Shown: positions 19,777-29,703 of the stretch, in pieces
How the letters are laid out: every line of letters begins with the position of its first letter
Numbering within the stretch: the first letter of the stretch is position 1
DNA from: a virus
UHGV virus genome: UHGV-0135963
Length of the DNA: 42,177 nt
Strand: one strand, 5' to 3'
Position numbers and translations under genes: made by a program
The notes under the pieces: generated by a model
The model's database searches: none
What the model was told of the DNA's origin: nothing
The model's input: only the letters and a program-made list of their open reading frames with translations

Positions 19777-19851
19777 GGATCAGTCGTATAAAGGTCATTA
19801 CGGAAGGCTGTTAACCTTCTTATCGTGGTTCGAGTCCACGCTGTCCCGCCA
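19777..19851 (+). tRNA. tRNA-like gene, anticodon GTT (Asn); imperfect acceptor stem, possibly degenerate
   Basis: 75 nt ending GCCA. Perfect anticodon arm GAAGG-CTGTTAA-CCTTC, T arm CGTGG-TTCGAGT-CCACG, GG in D loop. Acceptor stem has 2 mismatches; D stem only 3 bp. Confidence 0.5.
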
Positions 19852-19856
19852 AACAT

Positions 19857-19932
19857 GCTGGTTTAGCTCTAATGGTAGAGCAGTCGCCTTGTAAGCGAAT
19901 GGGTAGCGGTTCAAGTCCGTTAACCAGCACCA
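19857..19932 (+). tRNA. tRNA, anticodon TGT (Thr)
   Basis: 76 nt. Acceptor stem GCTGGTT/AACCAGC (7 bp), D arm GCTC-TAATGGTA-GAGC, anticodon loop CTTGTAA, T arm AGCGG-TTCAAGT-CCGTT, encoded 3' CCA. Confidence 0.75.
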
Positions 19933-20174
19933 TAACTGAGCCGTAGCCACTGGCTATCCTGAATTCATCAGTGATAGTTACGCTGCGGCCTTCTACACAT
20001 GATCTTCGTGAAAGCGGGTGGCAGGAGGTCGCGCTAACAACCTCCTGCTGTTTTGCCCGTGCATATCGGTCACGAACAAATCTGATTACTAAACACAGTA
20101 GCCTGGATTTGTTCTATCAGTAATCGACCTTATTCCTAATTAAATAGAGCAAATCCCCTTATTGGGGGTAAGAC

Positions 20175-20498
20175 ATGAAGATGCCAGAAAAACATGACCT
20201 GTTAGCCGCCATTCTCGCGGCAAAGGAACAAGGCATCGGGGCAATCCTTGCGTTTGCAATGGCGTACCTTCGCGGCAGATATAATGGCGGTGCGTTTACA
20301 AAAACAGTAATCGACGCAACGATGTGCGCCATTATCGCCTGGTTCATTCGTGACCTTCTCGACTTCGCCGGACTAAGTAGCAATCTCGCTTATATAACGA
20401 GCGTGTTCATCGGCTACATCGGTACTGACTCGATTGGTTCGCTTATCAAACGCTTCGCTGCTAAAAAAGCCGGAGTAGAAGATGGTGGAAATCAATAA
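20175..20498 (+). CDS. S: Holin S (class I, dual start)
   Basis: 107 aa [35 protein letters not shown]... matches lambda S. Met1-Lys2-Met3 dual-start motif. Confidence 0.95.
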   Translation: MKMPEKHDLLAAILAAKEQGIGAILAFAMAYLRGRYNGGAFTKTVIDATMCAIIAWFIRDLLDFAGLSSNLAYITSVFIGYIGTDSIGSLIKRFAAKKAGVEDGGNQ

Positions 20499-20958
20499 TC
20501 AACGTAAGGCGTTCCTCGATATGCTGGCGTGGTCAGAGGGAACTGATAATGGACGTCAGAAAACCAGAAATCATGGTTATGACGTCATTGTTGGCGGAGA
20601 GCTATTCACTGATTACTCCGATCACCCTCGCAAACTTGTCACGCTAAACCCCAAACTCAAATCAACAGCCGCCGGACGCTACCAGCTTCTTTCCCGTTGG
20701 TGGGATGCCTATCGTAAGCAGCTTGGCCTGAAAGACTTCTCTCCGAAAAGCCAGGATGCTGTGGCATTGCAACAGATTAAAGAGCGTGGCGCTTTGCCGA
20801 TGATTGATCGTGGTGATATTCGTCAGGCAATTGACCGTTGCAGCAATATCTGGGCTTCACTGCCGGGCGCTGGTTATGGTCAGTTCGAGCATAAGGCTGA
20901 CAGCCTGATTGCAAAATTCAAAGAGGCTGGCGGAACGGTCAGAGAGATTGAGGTATGA
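20482..20958 (+). CDS. R: Endolysin R (lytic transglycosylase)
   Basis: 158 aa [51 protein letters not shown]... matches lambda R. Confidence 0.95.
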   Translation: MVEINNQRKAFLDMLAWSEGTDNGRQKTRNHGYDVIVGGELFTDYSDHPRKLVTLNPKLKSTAAGRYQLLSRWWDAYRKQLGLKDFSPKSQDAVALQQIKERGALPMIDRGDIRQAIDRCSNIWASLPGAGYGQFEHKADSLIAKFKEAGGTVREIEV

Positions 20959-21392
20959 GCAGAGTCACCGCGATTATCTCCGCTCTGGTTATCTGCATCA
21001 TCGTCTGCCTGTCATGGGCTGTTAATCATTACCGTGATAACGCCATGACCTACAAAGAGCAGCGCGATAAAGCCACATCCATCATCGCTGATATGCAGAA
21101 GCGTCAACGTGATGTAGCAGAACTCGACGCCAGATACACAAAGGAGCTTGCTGATGCTAACGCGACTATCGAAAGCCTCCGTGCTGATGTTTCTGCTGGT
21201 CGTAAGCGCCTGCAAGTCGCCGCCACCTGTGCAAAGCCAACGACCGGAGCCAGCAGCATGGGCGATGGAGAAAGCCCAAGACTTACAGCAGATGCTGAAC
21301 TCAATTATTACCGTCTCAGAAGTGGAATCGATAGGATAACCGCGCAGGTTAACTACCTGCAGGAATACATCAGGACTCAGTGCCTGAAATAA
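20955..21392 (+). CDS. Rz: Rz inner-membrane spanin
   Basis: 145 aa. N-terminal TM ([18 protein letters not shown]), coiled coil, lambda-Rz-like N-terminus. Confidence 0.9.
   Translation: MSRVTAIISALVICIIVCLSWAVNHYRDNAMTYKEQRDKATSIIADMQKRQRDVAELDARYTKELADANATIESLRADVSAGRKRLQVAATCAKPTTGASSMGDGESPRLTADAELNYYRLRSGIDRITAQVNYLQEYIRTQCLK
21148..21339 (+). CDS. Rz1: Rz1 outer-membrane lipoprotein spanin, embedded in +1 frame of Rz
   Basis: Lipobox LLVVSAC followed by a Pro-rich stretch ([13 protein letters not shown]). Fully nested within Rz. Confidence 0.8.
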   Translation: MLMLTRLSKASVLMFLLVVSACKSPPPVQSQRPEPAAWAMEKAQDLQQMLNSIITVSEVESIG

Positions 21393-21424
21393 TTTTTTTG
21401 CAAATCACAAAGTCCATTTAATGA

Positions 21425-21448
21425 GCCTCGCGATGCGGGGCTTTTTTT
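21425..21448 (+). terminator. Candidate intrinsic terminator after the lysis cassette
   Basis: gcctcgc gat gcggggc ttttttt: 7-bp stem (one G-U) followed by T7. Confidence 0.5.
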
Positions 21449-21597
21449 ACATCTGAATTTCACAGCGCATCTCACGCGCATATTACATCACCCGAGCCTT
21501 TCAGAAAGTTGAGCCTGAGAACTGCCGTATATGGTGGCGACCATCTCGGGGCGGCTTTTCTGTGAGACAGGCTCACTTTCTAAAAGGTAAAGACGCT

Positions 21598-22116
21598 ATG
21601 AATCATCAATTGGCTAATCTCGATTTCCGGGACATGGTGGTTGTTTCTGGTGATCGCGTGATCACAACCTCCCGCAAGGTAGCAGCTTACTTCGACAAGC
21701 AGCATCACCACATCATTCAGAAAATCGAAAAGCTAGACTGTTCGGATGAATTTCTAACCAGCAACTTTTCGCGGGTTACCTATGAACACAAGGGTAATCA
21801 GTATGTTGAATATGAAATTTCCAAAGACGGTGCGATGTACATCATCATGTCGTTTACCGGCAAAAAAGCTGCCGCCATCAAAGAGGCGTTTATCAAAGCA
21901 TTTAATTGGATGCGTGACAGGCTGATGGAGATGGCTCACTCATACCAAAGAGAGCACAACGAGTTAATGCTGGAGTTCATGAAGGAAAAGGATGTTGCCA
22001 GTATGTCAGGACGCTTGCTGAACCGCTGGGGCAGGATCAAAAAACCTCAACTCATAGCAAGAATCGAAAGGCTTGAGCAGCAGGCGCAAATATCGATCCC
22101 CGGACTGCCAAAGTGA
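21598..22116 (+). CDS. Rha-family phage regulatory protein
   Basis: VITTSRKVAAYFDKQHHHIIQKIEKL is typical of the Rha/pRha N-terminal domain. The ORF track begins 12 codons earlier (21562). Confidence 0.65.
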   Translation: MNHQLANLDFRDMVVVSGDRVITTSRKVAAYFDKQHHHIIQKIEKLDCSDEFLTSNFSRVTYEHKGNQYVEYEISKDGAMYIIMSFTGKKAAAIKEAFIKAFNWMRDRLMEMAHSYQREHNELMLEFMKEKDVASMSGRLLNRWGRIKKPQLIARIERLEQQAQISIPGLPK

Positions 22117-22468
22117 CCATTCCAAAGCCCATCTACGGGTGGGCTTGATAATGAAACCGTGATTTACATCCCCACAATCCGGGTATGTAAAAGATAGTTC
22201 AGGCGAGAACAGATTTAACTAAGTCTGTGCACCACCAGTTGCGGCAGTACCACGAAACAACCCAAGCCAGTAAGTGGGGAAATAACACTGGCAGCCACTG
22301 AAAGATGAACCTCCAGCCTTAAGGCAAAAAAGATTCTTTGTGGTGGCGGACTGATGGAAAGACATCGGTTATTGCAGAGACCATTCAATGAGTGGTCTCG
22401 ACAATGGCTTATACCCTACACGGGATAACTTAACTGATATCCCTTTTAACGGATAAACGGAGCCAACA

Positions 22469-22711
22469 ATGGCAGAGATTATTCCCATGACTGAAGAACA
22501 GAAATTCCAGTTAGAGATTTACAAGCTGGTCATGAACCAGAACGCAGCCGCAGAGGAAGCATTTCAATTTATTGGCACTGACGAGCTGAAGCTTGAGTTA
22601 TTCAAAATTCACTTCCAGTCAGGCGGCGCTAATTCAGATATCACGACCCGCACAATCGAAGCGGTGCGTAAATCGAAGGAAGCGTTAGACCTGTTCACTA
22701 CCGGAGCATAA
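22469..22711 (+). CDS. Hypothetical protein (80 aa) upstream of terminase
   Basis: ORF immediately preceding and nearly abutting the small terminase gene. Confidence 0.5.
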   Translation: MAEIIPMTEEQKFQLEIYKLVMNQNAAAEEAFQFIGTDELKLELFKIHFQSGGANSDITTRTIEAVRKSKEALDLFTTGA

Positions 22712-22713
22712 AC

Positions 22714-23154
22714 ATGGCGCGCCCAACAAAGTATCAAGAGGCGTATGCCGAACAGGCACGCAAACTGTGCTTGCTGGGCTACACCGATGCAGAACTTGCT
22801 GATTTCTTTGAAGTCAGTGAGTCAACTATTAACAAGTGGAAGATTGATTATCCTAAGTTTTCGGAGTCCATAAAAAAGGGTAAGGCCGTTGCTGATGCAG
22901 AAGTTAGTGATCGTCTTTATCAACGCGCTATGGGCTTCGTGGCTCCAGACATCGATATTCGTGTTATTGAAAATAGAATTGTCGAAACTCCGCTTGAGAA
23001 GTATTACCCGCCTGATACAACCGCTGCCATCTTCTGGCTTAAGAACCGACAGAAGGATAAATGGCGCGACAAGGTTGATCACGAGCTAACAGGCAAAGAC
23101 GGCGGCGCAATCCAGATTGAAACATCACCGATGAGCACTCTATTCGGAAAATGA
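22714..23154 (+). CDS. Terminase small subunit (Sf6 gp1-like)
   Basis: 146 aa. C-terminus ELTGKDGGAIQIETSPMSTLFGK matches the Sf6-type TerS C-terminus as recalled. Overlaps the TerL start. Confidence 0.8.
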   Translation: MARPTKYQEAYAEQARKLCLLGYTDAELADFFEVSESTINKWKIDYPKFSESIKKGKAVADAEVSDRLYQRAMGFVAPDIDIRVIENRIVETPLEKYYPPDTTAAIFWLKNRQKDKWRDKVDHELTGKDGGAIQIETSPMSTLFGK

Positions 23155-24566
23155 CCTCGATTAATCCTATCTTTGAACCGTTCATTGAGGCGCATCGCTA
23201 CAAAGTCGCCAAAGGCGGTCGAGGTAGCGGTAAATCATGGGCAATTGCGAGACTGCTTGTTGAAGCGGCGCGTCGGCAGCCAGTGCGTATTCTCTGCGCT
23301 CGTGAACTGCAAAACAGTATCAGCGATTCGGTAATCCGGTTGCTTGAAGACACCATAGAGCGGGAAGGGTATTCGGCCGAGTTTGAAATTCAGCGTTCCA
23401 TGATTCGTCATCTCGGAACGAATGCTGAATTCATGTTCTACGGCATCAAAAACAACCCGACGAAGATTAAATCGCTCGAAGGCATTGATATCTGCTGGGT
23501 GGAAGAAGCGGAAGCGGTAACGAAGGAATCATGGGATATCCTGATCCCAACCATCCGTAAGCCGTTCTCTGAAATATGGGTGAGCTTTAACCCGAAGAAC
23601 ATCCTCGACGATACCTATCAGCGATTCGTAGTAAACCCTCCCGATGATATTTGTCTGCTGACGGTGAACTACACCGACAACCCGCACTTTCCTGAAGTTC
23701 TCCGTCTGGAGATGGAAGAGTGTAAACGCAGAAATCCGACACTGTATCGTCACATCTGGCTTGGTGAGCCGGTAAGCGCAAGTGATATGGCAATCATCAA
23801 ACGTGAATGGCTTGAAGCCGCAACCGATGCGCACAAGAAACTCGGATGGAAAGCGAAAGGCGCTGTTGTCTCTGCGCATGACCCATCAGATACAGGGCCA
23901 GATGCTAAAGGTTATGCATCGCGTCACGGTTCGGTGGTTAAGCGCATTGCCGAAGGTCTACTGATGGACATCAACGAGGGTGCTGACTGGGCTACTTCTC
24001 TGGCGATTGAAGACGGCGCTGACCACTACCTGTGGGATGGCGATGGCGTTGGTGCCGGGCTACGCAGACAGACAACGGAAGCATTCTCCGGTAAGAAAAT
24101 CACCGCCACGATGTTTAAGGGCAGCGAATCGCCGTTCGATGAAGATGCACCGTATCAGGCCGGAGCATGGGCTGATGAAGTCGTGCAGGGCGACAACGTT
24201 CGCACTATTGGCGATGTGTTCCGCAATAAGCGAGCGCAATTCTATTACGCGCTGGCTGACAGGCTGTATCTGACATATCGGGCGGTTGTTTACGGTGAGT
24301 ATGCAGACCCCGACGACATGCTGAGTTTCGACAAAGAAGCGATAGGCGAGAATATGCTGGAGAAGCTGTTTGCAGAACTGACGCAGATTCAGCGCAAATT
24401 CAATAACAACGGGAAGCTGGAGCTTATGACTAAGGTCGAAATGAAGCAGAAGCTCGGTATTCCATCTCCTAACCTGGCTGATGCGCTGATGATGTGTATG
24501 CATTGCCCGGAGTCGGCTGCGCAACCCGACTATTCCAGTTACTCAATTCCTTGTGGTGTAGGTTGA
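23151..24566 (+). CDS. Terminase large subunit (ATPase/nuclease)
   Basis: 471 aa. Walker A KGGRGSGKS near N-terminus. P22/Sf6-type TerL. Confidence 0.93.
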   Translation: MTSINPIFEPFIEAHRYKVAKGGRGSGKSWAIARLLVEAARRQPVRILCARELQNSISDSVIRLLEDTIEREGYSAEFEIQRSMIRHLGTNAEFMFYGIKNNPTKIKSLEGIDICWVEEAEAVTKESWDILIPTIRKPFSEIWVSFNPKNILDDTYQRFVVNPPDDICLLTVNYTDNPHFPEVLRLEMEECKRRNPTLYRHIWLGEPVSASDMAIIKREWLEAATDAHKKLGWKAKGAVVSAHDPSDTGPDAKGYASRHGSVVKRIAEGLLMDINEGADWATSLAIEDGADHYLWDGDGVGAGLRRQTTEAFSGKKITATMFKGSESPFDEDAPYQAGAWADEVVQGDNVRTIGDVFRNKRAQFYYALADRLYLTYRAVVYGEYADPDDMLSFDKEAIGENMLEKLFAELTQIQRKFNNNGKLELMTKVEMKQKLGIPSPNLADALMMCMHCPESAAQPDYSSYSIPCGVG

Positions 24567-24567
24567 T

Positions 24568-26766
24568 ATGGCAGAAAAAAAGATGACTGACTGGCATCGC
24601 AAGGTGCTGTGCAACTTTGATAATGCCTGGTCAGCAACGCAGGATATGCGTGAGCAGATTATTGAGGCTCAACGTTTCGTCCGGGTGTCCGGCGCACAGT
24701 GGGAAGGTAGCACAAACGCTGGTTACTCATTTGATGAGGGCAGGTTTGAGCATTACCCGCGCTTTGAACTGAATAAGATTGCCCGTGAATGTGATCGCAT
24801 CATTGGCGAGTATCGACAGAATCGCATCAGCGTTAAATTCAGACCGAAGGACGATAAGGCATCGGAAGCGTTAGCCGAAAAGATGAACGGAAAATTCCGC
24901 GCTGACTATCAGGAAACATCCGGTGGCGAAGCGTGTGATAACGCATTTGATGATGCCGTAACGGGCGGATTCGGTTGTTTCCGCATGTGTGCCGATTACG
25001 AAGATGAAATGGATCCGAGTAACGAGCAGCGACGCATCAGTCTTCTTCCTGTTTACGACCCGGCGACATGCGTCTTCTTCGATCAGGACAGCAAGCAATA
25101 TGACCGCTCTGATGCTATGTGGGCTATGGAAATGTTCTCCATGACGCCTAAAGCGTTCGAGGCTGAATACCCTGATTCCATCGCGGCAAGTCTTTCTCGT
25201 GATGACACTGGTACTCAATATGACTGGTCAACACCTGATGCCATCTATGTTGGACGCTACTACGAAGTTCGCATAGAGAAGGTGAAGCTCACGGCGTGGC
25301 GCAACCCTGTTAGCGGAGAAACGGCAATCTATGATGAAGAGCAAATCAAAGATATTGTCGACGAGCTGACCGATGGTGCATTCGAACTGATTGGCGAGCG
25401 AACGGTGAAGAAGCGCCGCGTTTATTGCGGTCTTCTGTCTGGCGCTGAATGGCTGGAAGAACCGAAGCGTATTCCGGGCGAACATATTCCTCTCATCCCG
25501 GTATATGGGCGTCGCTCATTTGTTGATAATCAGGAGCGAATCGAAGGCCACGCAGCAAAAGCGATGGATGCACAGCGTCTTGAGAACCTGATGGTTTCCA
25601 TGATTGCAGATAACGCCACTCAGGCTGGCGGTGATGGCATTCCTATCGTGGATGTTGATTTCATTCCCGGCCCATTAATGAATCACTGGGCAGAGAGGAA
25701 TAAGAAAAGACCTGCAGTTCTTCCTATGACCAGCAAGAAGGACAAAAACGGAGCAGTCATTTCAGAAGCTCAGGTTGCTGGCTGGACACCTCCGACACAA
25801 ATGCCTCCAGCTCTTGCCGGGCTATTGCAGTACACCGGAACGGCTATTCAGCAAATTACAGGTGCGTCGCAGCTTGAGAACATGCCGAGCAACGTCGCCA
25901 CCGATACCGTTGATAGCATTTTTAACCGGATGGACACGCAGTCCTATATCTACATGGACAACATGGCTAAATCCATGCGTCGCGCTGGCGTTGTGTGGCT
26001 TTCTATGGCTCGTGAAGTCTATGGCAGCGATACGCCAATGCGCATCGTTAATGAGGACGGCAGCGATGACGTGGCGCTGATGACTGGTGAAGTGGTTGAC
26101 CGTCAGACAGGGCAGGTTATCGCGCTTAACGACCTTTCGCAGGGTAACTATGAAGTGACTGTCGATGTCGGTCAGTCGTTCGCTACTCGCCGTGACGCAA
26201 CGGTTAAGTCGTTACTTTCCATGCTGGCACTTATCCCACCAGGAACGCCGAAGCACGACCTTGTATCGTCGATGATTCTCGACAATATGGATGGCGAAGG
26301 GATGGACGACCTTAAAGAATACAACCGAAATCAGTTGCTTCTGTCTGGAGTTATCAAGCCGAGAACGCCAGAAGAGCAGCAAATGGTTGAGCAGGCGAAA
26401 CAACAACAGGCCAGTCAGCCAGATCCGGCTATGGTTGCTGCGCAAGGTCAGCTTCTTGCTGGTCAGGCTGAATTGCAGAAAGCGCAGAACGAACAAGCAG
26501 CCATTCAGGTTAAAGCATTCCAGGCACAGACGGATGCTCAGGTTGCAGCGGCAAATGTTGTGAAAATCCTCGCATCTGCCGATAGCCAGCAGAAATCTGA
26601 TATCCGCGAGGCTCTGAAACTGCTCGGACAGTTCCAGCAACAGCAAGGAGACAATGCCCGTGCTGATGCAGAGCTTGTCCTGAAAAGTCAGGCACAGGGC
26701 CATGCGCAGCGTATGGACATCAGCAGCATCCTGCAAAAATCAACTCAGCAACAACCACAACAGTAA
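24568..26766 (+). CDS. Portal protein (P22 gp1-like)
   Basis: 732 aa, directly downstream of TerL. Q/A-rich C-terminal helical barrel region typical of P22-like portals. Confidence 0.92.
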   Translation: MAEKKMTDWHRKVLCNFDNAWSATQDMREQIIEAQRFVRVSGAQWEGSTNAGYSFDEGRFEHYPRFELNKIARECDRIIGEYRQNRISVKFRPKDDKASEALAEKMNGKFRADYQETSGGEACDNAFDDAVTGGFGCFRMCADYEDEMDPSNEQRRISLLPVYDPATCVFFDQDSKQYDRSDAMWAMEMFSMTPKAFEAEYPDSIAASLSRDDTGTQYDWSTPDAIYVGRYYEVRIEKVKLTAWRNPVSGETAIYDEEQIKDIVDELTDGAFELIGERTVKKRRVYCGLLSGAEWLEEPKRIPGEHIPLIPVYGRRSFVDNQERIEGHAAKAMDAQRLENLMVSMIADNATQAGGDGIPIVDVDFIPGPLMNHWAERNKKRPAVLPMTSKKDKNGAVISEAQVAGWTPPTQMPPALAGLLQYTGTAIQQITGASQLENMPSNVATDTVDSIFNRMDTQSYIYMDNMAKSMRRAGVVWLSMAREVYGSDTPMRIVNEDGSDDVALMTGEVVDRQTGQVIALNDLSQGNYEVTVDVGQSFATRRDATVKSLLSMLALIPPGTPKHDLVSSMILDNMDGEGMDDLKEYNRNQLLLSGVIKPRTPEEQQMVEQAKQQQASQPDPAMVAAQGQLLAGQAELQKAQNEQAAIQVKAFQAQTDAQVAAANVVKILASADSQQKSDIREALKLLGQFQQQQGDNARADAELVLKSQAQGHAQRMDISSILQKSTQQQPQQ

Positions 26767-26856
26767 TTAACCCATAACGTGCAATGGCTGTCTTTATGAG
26801 GCCTGGCACCCTATTGCCTTCCGATGGGCTGAACATCGAGTAAACAGGGGTAACAA

Positions 26857-27750
26857 ATGGACCAGATGGCAGAAAACACACCAGAAGTTGAAATCGAAAC
26901 CGACGCATCAGAGCAGATTCCTGATGATGTCGAACTGGCTGAAGAAGTCGAAACAGAAGATGGCAGTGAGTCCTCCGGCAATGATGCAGAGGAAGCTACT
27001 GAAACTGATGACGACGAATCAGAACAGGAATTCTACTTTGGTGACGAAAAGCTGGATTCGCCAACCAGCGAAGATGGCGCTGAGCATGGACTGGTAAAAC
27101 ACCTGCGCAAGACGATTAAAGAGAAAGACCGCGAGCTGAAAGAGCTGATGCGTCAGTCTAAGAAACCCGTCGAGCAGCAGCCGGTAATCACTCAACCACC
27201 GCGAATGCCAAAACTGGATGATGAGGACATCGGTTTCGATGAAGAAATCTACCAGCAACGCATGGCTAAGTGGGCAGAGGATAACGGCAAGTACCAGCAA
27301 CAGGAGATGGCTCGCAAGCAGAAGGAGCAGGAGCTTCAGGCTGCCTATCAAGAGCGATTATCCAAATATCAGCAACGTGTTAAGGCTCTCAAAGTTCCTG
27401 GCTATCAGGAAGCTGAGCAGGCCGTACTCGAGGAAATCCCCATCGAGACACAAAACGCGATCCTGTTTGAGTCAGAGAAGCCGGAAATCGTTGTTCTGGC
27501 ACTAGGTCGCAACGCTGAACTGCGCAAGCAACTGGCAGAAGCTACCAACCCCGTAGCAATTGGTCGTCTGCTGGAACGTATCGAATCGAAGGCCAGAATC
27601 ATGCCAAAAGCAAAAACCACGGCAGCCACAACCCCGACAGTTAAGGGGAGCAACGGCGCAGTAATCAACAACCTCGACAAATTGAAAGCCAAGGCGCTGG
27701 AAACTGGTGACTGGACGCCGTATTTCGCCGCTAAAAAGGCAAAAAAATAA
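26857..27750 (+). CDS. Scaffolding protein (P22 gp8-like)
   Basis: 297 aa. Acidic N-terminus, long coiled coil, basic C-terminal coat-binding helix-turn-helix (GDWTPYFAAKKAKK). Confidence 0.85.
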   Translation: MDQMAENTPEVEIETDASEQIPDDVELAEEVETEDGSESSGNDAEEATETDDDESEQEFYFGDEKLDSPTSEDGAEHGLVKHLRKTIKEKDRELKELMRQSKKPVEQQPVITQPPRMPKLDDEDIGFDEEIYQQRMAKWAEDNGKYQQQEMARKQKEQELQAAYQERLSKYQQRVKALKVPGYQEAEQAVLEEIPIETQNAILFESEKPEIVVLALGRNAELRKQLAEATNPVAIGRLLERIESKARIMPKAKTTAATTPTVKGSNGAVINNLDKLKAKALETGDWTPYFAAKKAKK

Positions 27751-27768
27751 CCTATCGGAGCATTAAGC

Positions 27769-29022
27769 ATGGCTAACCAATTAGCAAAAGACCTTGAAAT
27801 CATGTTCGAAAACTACGTTGAAGGCTTTGAGGCCGCCTGCGTAGTTTCCCGTAACGCTAAAAAATTCCGTCCCGGTGATACAGCAATGCAGCGAGCAGGT
27901 GATGTTCTGTATCGTCCGCAGCATTACCACATGAACATTGAGGAAGGCCTCGATCTCAGCAGCAAAACGCCAACAGCACTGGTTCAGCGCCTTGTTCCTT
28001 CAGTGTTCAAGGAGCCGAAAAACATTCTGTACACTCTGGATGCGCGTGAAATGCGTGACCCTGAGCATAAAACTGAAGCTGGTCGCGCCGCAGGTATGCG
28101 CCTTGCTGCACAGATTGACTCTGACCTGATTTCCATGGTTACGCAGCGTGCTACTAACGTGATCACAATGTCTGACTCAACCACAGGTACACAGGGCCGT
28201 GATTTGTGGAACTGTGCGGCAGGTATTGATGCCACCATGACGGCGATTGGTGTACCTCAGGGTATCAACCGTCGCTCTTTCTGGAACCCCTTCAACTACA
28301 AAGACCTTGCTGGCGAGCTTGGTCACCGTGCCTATGCTCAGGGCGCAACCCTGACAGCATACGAAAAAGCGCAGATCCCTCCGGTTGCGTCCTTCGATAG
28401 CTACAAGACCGATATTTCTGGTCGTGTTCCGAAGGGTACAGCAACTTCCCTGACGCTGGCGGCTGAACCTGCGCACAAGGTTGAAGCGAAAGATGCCAAC
28501 GATATGCCAGTGGATAACCGACAGGGGACCATTACGGTATCTGCATCTGGTTTGCAGGTTGGCGATGCGTTCACCATTGCTGGCGTGAATTCCGTACACC
28601 AGATCACCAAAGATACCACCGGGCAGCCGCAGGTATTCCGCGTTCTGGCAGTAAGCGGAACGACAGTAACTATCTCCCCGAAAATTCTGCCTCCTGACAA
28701 CGCTGATGTCGCCAGCCGACCATATGCAAACGTTGATGCTAACGCGGCAAATGGTGCAGCAATTACTATTCTCAACAAAAATGCCGCACCGGCTAACCTG
28801 TTCTGGGCTGATGGTTCTGTTGAGCTGATGTACGGCAAACTGGCGTTCCCGACTGGTCAGGGGCCACAGGTAATGACAGCAACCACCGAGCAGGGCGCTA
28901 CGCTGATCATGTCTTACGCCTTCGACCACATCAAAGGCGTAACCACTGCTCGTTTCACCACTCTGTACGGTTGCTCTGTACTTGTTCCTGAATATACGGG
29001 CATCGTTATTGCCGGGCAGTAA
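27769..29022 (+). CDS. Major coat protein (P22/Sf6/CUS-3-like)
   Basis: 417 aa directly after scaffold. N-terminus MANQLAKDLEIMFENYVEGFEAACVVSRNAKKF resembles Sf6/CUS-3 coat as recalled. Confidence 0.9.
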   Translation: MANQLAKDLEIMFENYVEGFEAACVVSRNAKKFRPGDTAMQRAGDVLYRPQHYHMNIEEGLDLSSKTPTALVQRLVPSVFKEPKNILYTLDAREMRDPEHKTEAGRAAGMRLAAQIDSDLISMVTQRATNVITMSDSTTGTQGRDLWNCAAGIDATMTAIGVPQGINRRSFWNPFNYKDLAGELGHRAYAQGATLTAYEKAQIPPVASFDSYKTDISGRVPKGTATSLTLAAEPAHKVEAKDANDMPVDNRQGTITVSASGLQVGDAFTIAGVNSVHQITKDTTGQPQVFRVLAVSGTTVTISPKILPPDNADVASRPYANVDANAANGAAITILNKNAAPANLFWADGSVELMYGKLAFPTGQGPQVMTATTEQGATLIMSYAFDHIKGVTTARFTTLYGCSVLVPEYTGIVIAGQ

Positions 29023-29063
29023 TTTTGGTGGGGCTTCGGCCCCATTTTTATTGGGAGAAGACA

Positions 29064-29252
29064 ATGGCACGAACAATGCTCTATAAGCCGGGCAACATGA
29101 TCACCTGTGGTCAGTTTGTTGTCGATTACGTCATTGTTGATGACGAAGAAGTTAAACCTCACCTGAAAAAAGGTTGGGTAAAAACTCCTGAAGAAACCGC
29201 AACGAAGCAAAAAGTGGCTAAGGCGGAAGAAGATGGCGAAAACGAAGGGTGA
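29064..29252 (+). CDS. Small hypothetical protein (62 aa)
   Basis: Internal Met with GGGAGA RBS. Acidic C-terminus. Overlaps the gp4-like start. Confidence 0.4.
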   Translation: MARTMLYKPGNMITCGQFVVDYVIVDDEEVKPHLKKGWVKTPEETATKQKVAKAEEDGENEG

Positions 29253-29694
29253 TCTCGTTCTAAAGGCTTTACGAAAAGCCGGGTTGTATTCCAATGCCAC
29301 GTTGACAGATGCTGACCCTCAGGCAATTGAAGATGCCACTAATGACCTCGAAGACATGATGGCAGCATGGCAGGCTAAAGGTATCGAGCTTGGGTATCAG
29401 TTTGCTGATACAGAAAACGGCATCATGCCGTTACCTGACGATGATTCAGGTATCCCTGCATGGGCAAATGATGGCGTCGCTTTTAAACTCGCTGTGCAAG
29501 TGTGCATGGATAACGTCATTCAGCCGTCAGACGCTCTCCTTACCGCTGCTGACAGTGCATATCAGACAATCTGCATCGCTTTAACCAAAATACCACCACT
29601 TGAGCGGCGAAATGACATGCCTCGCGGTAGTGGTAACAAAAGCGCGTTTACGTGGAATCGGTTTTACATCGAGAAAGATGATCCGAGTACGTGA
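29233..29694 (+). CDS. Head-completion / tail accessory factor (P22 gp4-like)
   Basis: 153 aa. TKGDLVLKALRKAGLYSNATLTDADPQAIEDATNDLEDMMAAWQ parallels P22 gp4. Confidence 0.85.
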   Translation: MAKTKGDLVLKALRKAGLYSNATLTDADPQAIEDATNDLEDMMAAWQAKGIELGYQFADTENGIMPLPDDDSGIPAWANDGVAFKLAVQVCMDNVIQPSDALLTAADSAYQTICIALTKIPPLERRNDMPRGSGNKSAFTWNRFYIEKDDPST

Positions 29695-29703
29695 GGTGAA
29701 TAA

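Noticed and set aside
22714-23154. P22-type pac site (GAAGACTTATCT) in the terminase small subunit gene
   Set aside because: I did not find this motif by eye; the TerS is Sf6-like, and I cannot assert a pac location without comparison data.
24060-24524. 154-aa minus-strand ORF
   Set aside because: Antisense to the terminase large subunit gene.
26212-26736. 174-aa minus-strand ORF
   Set aside because: Antisense to the C-terminal part of the portal gene; no translation signals or motifs.
28177-29076. 299-aa minus-strand ORF
   Set aside because: Entirely antisense to the well-supported coat protein gene; no motifs; GC-rich antisense frames commonly stay open.
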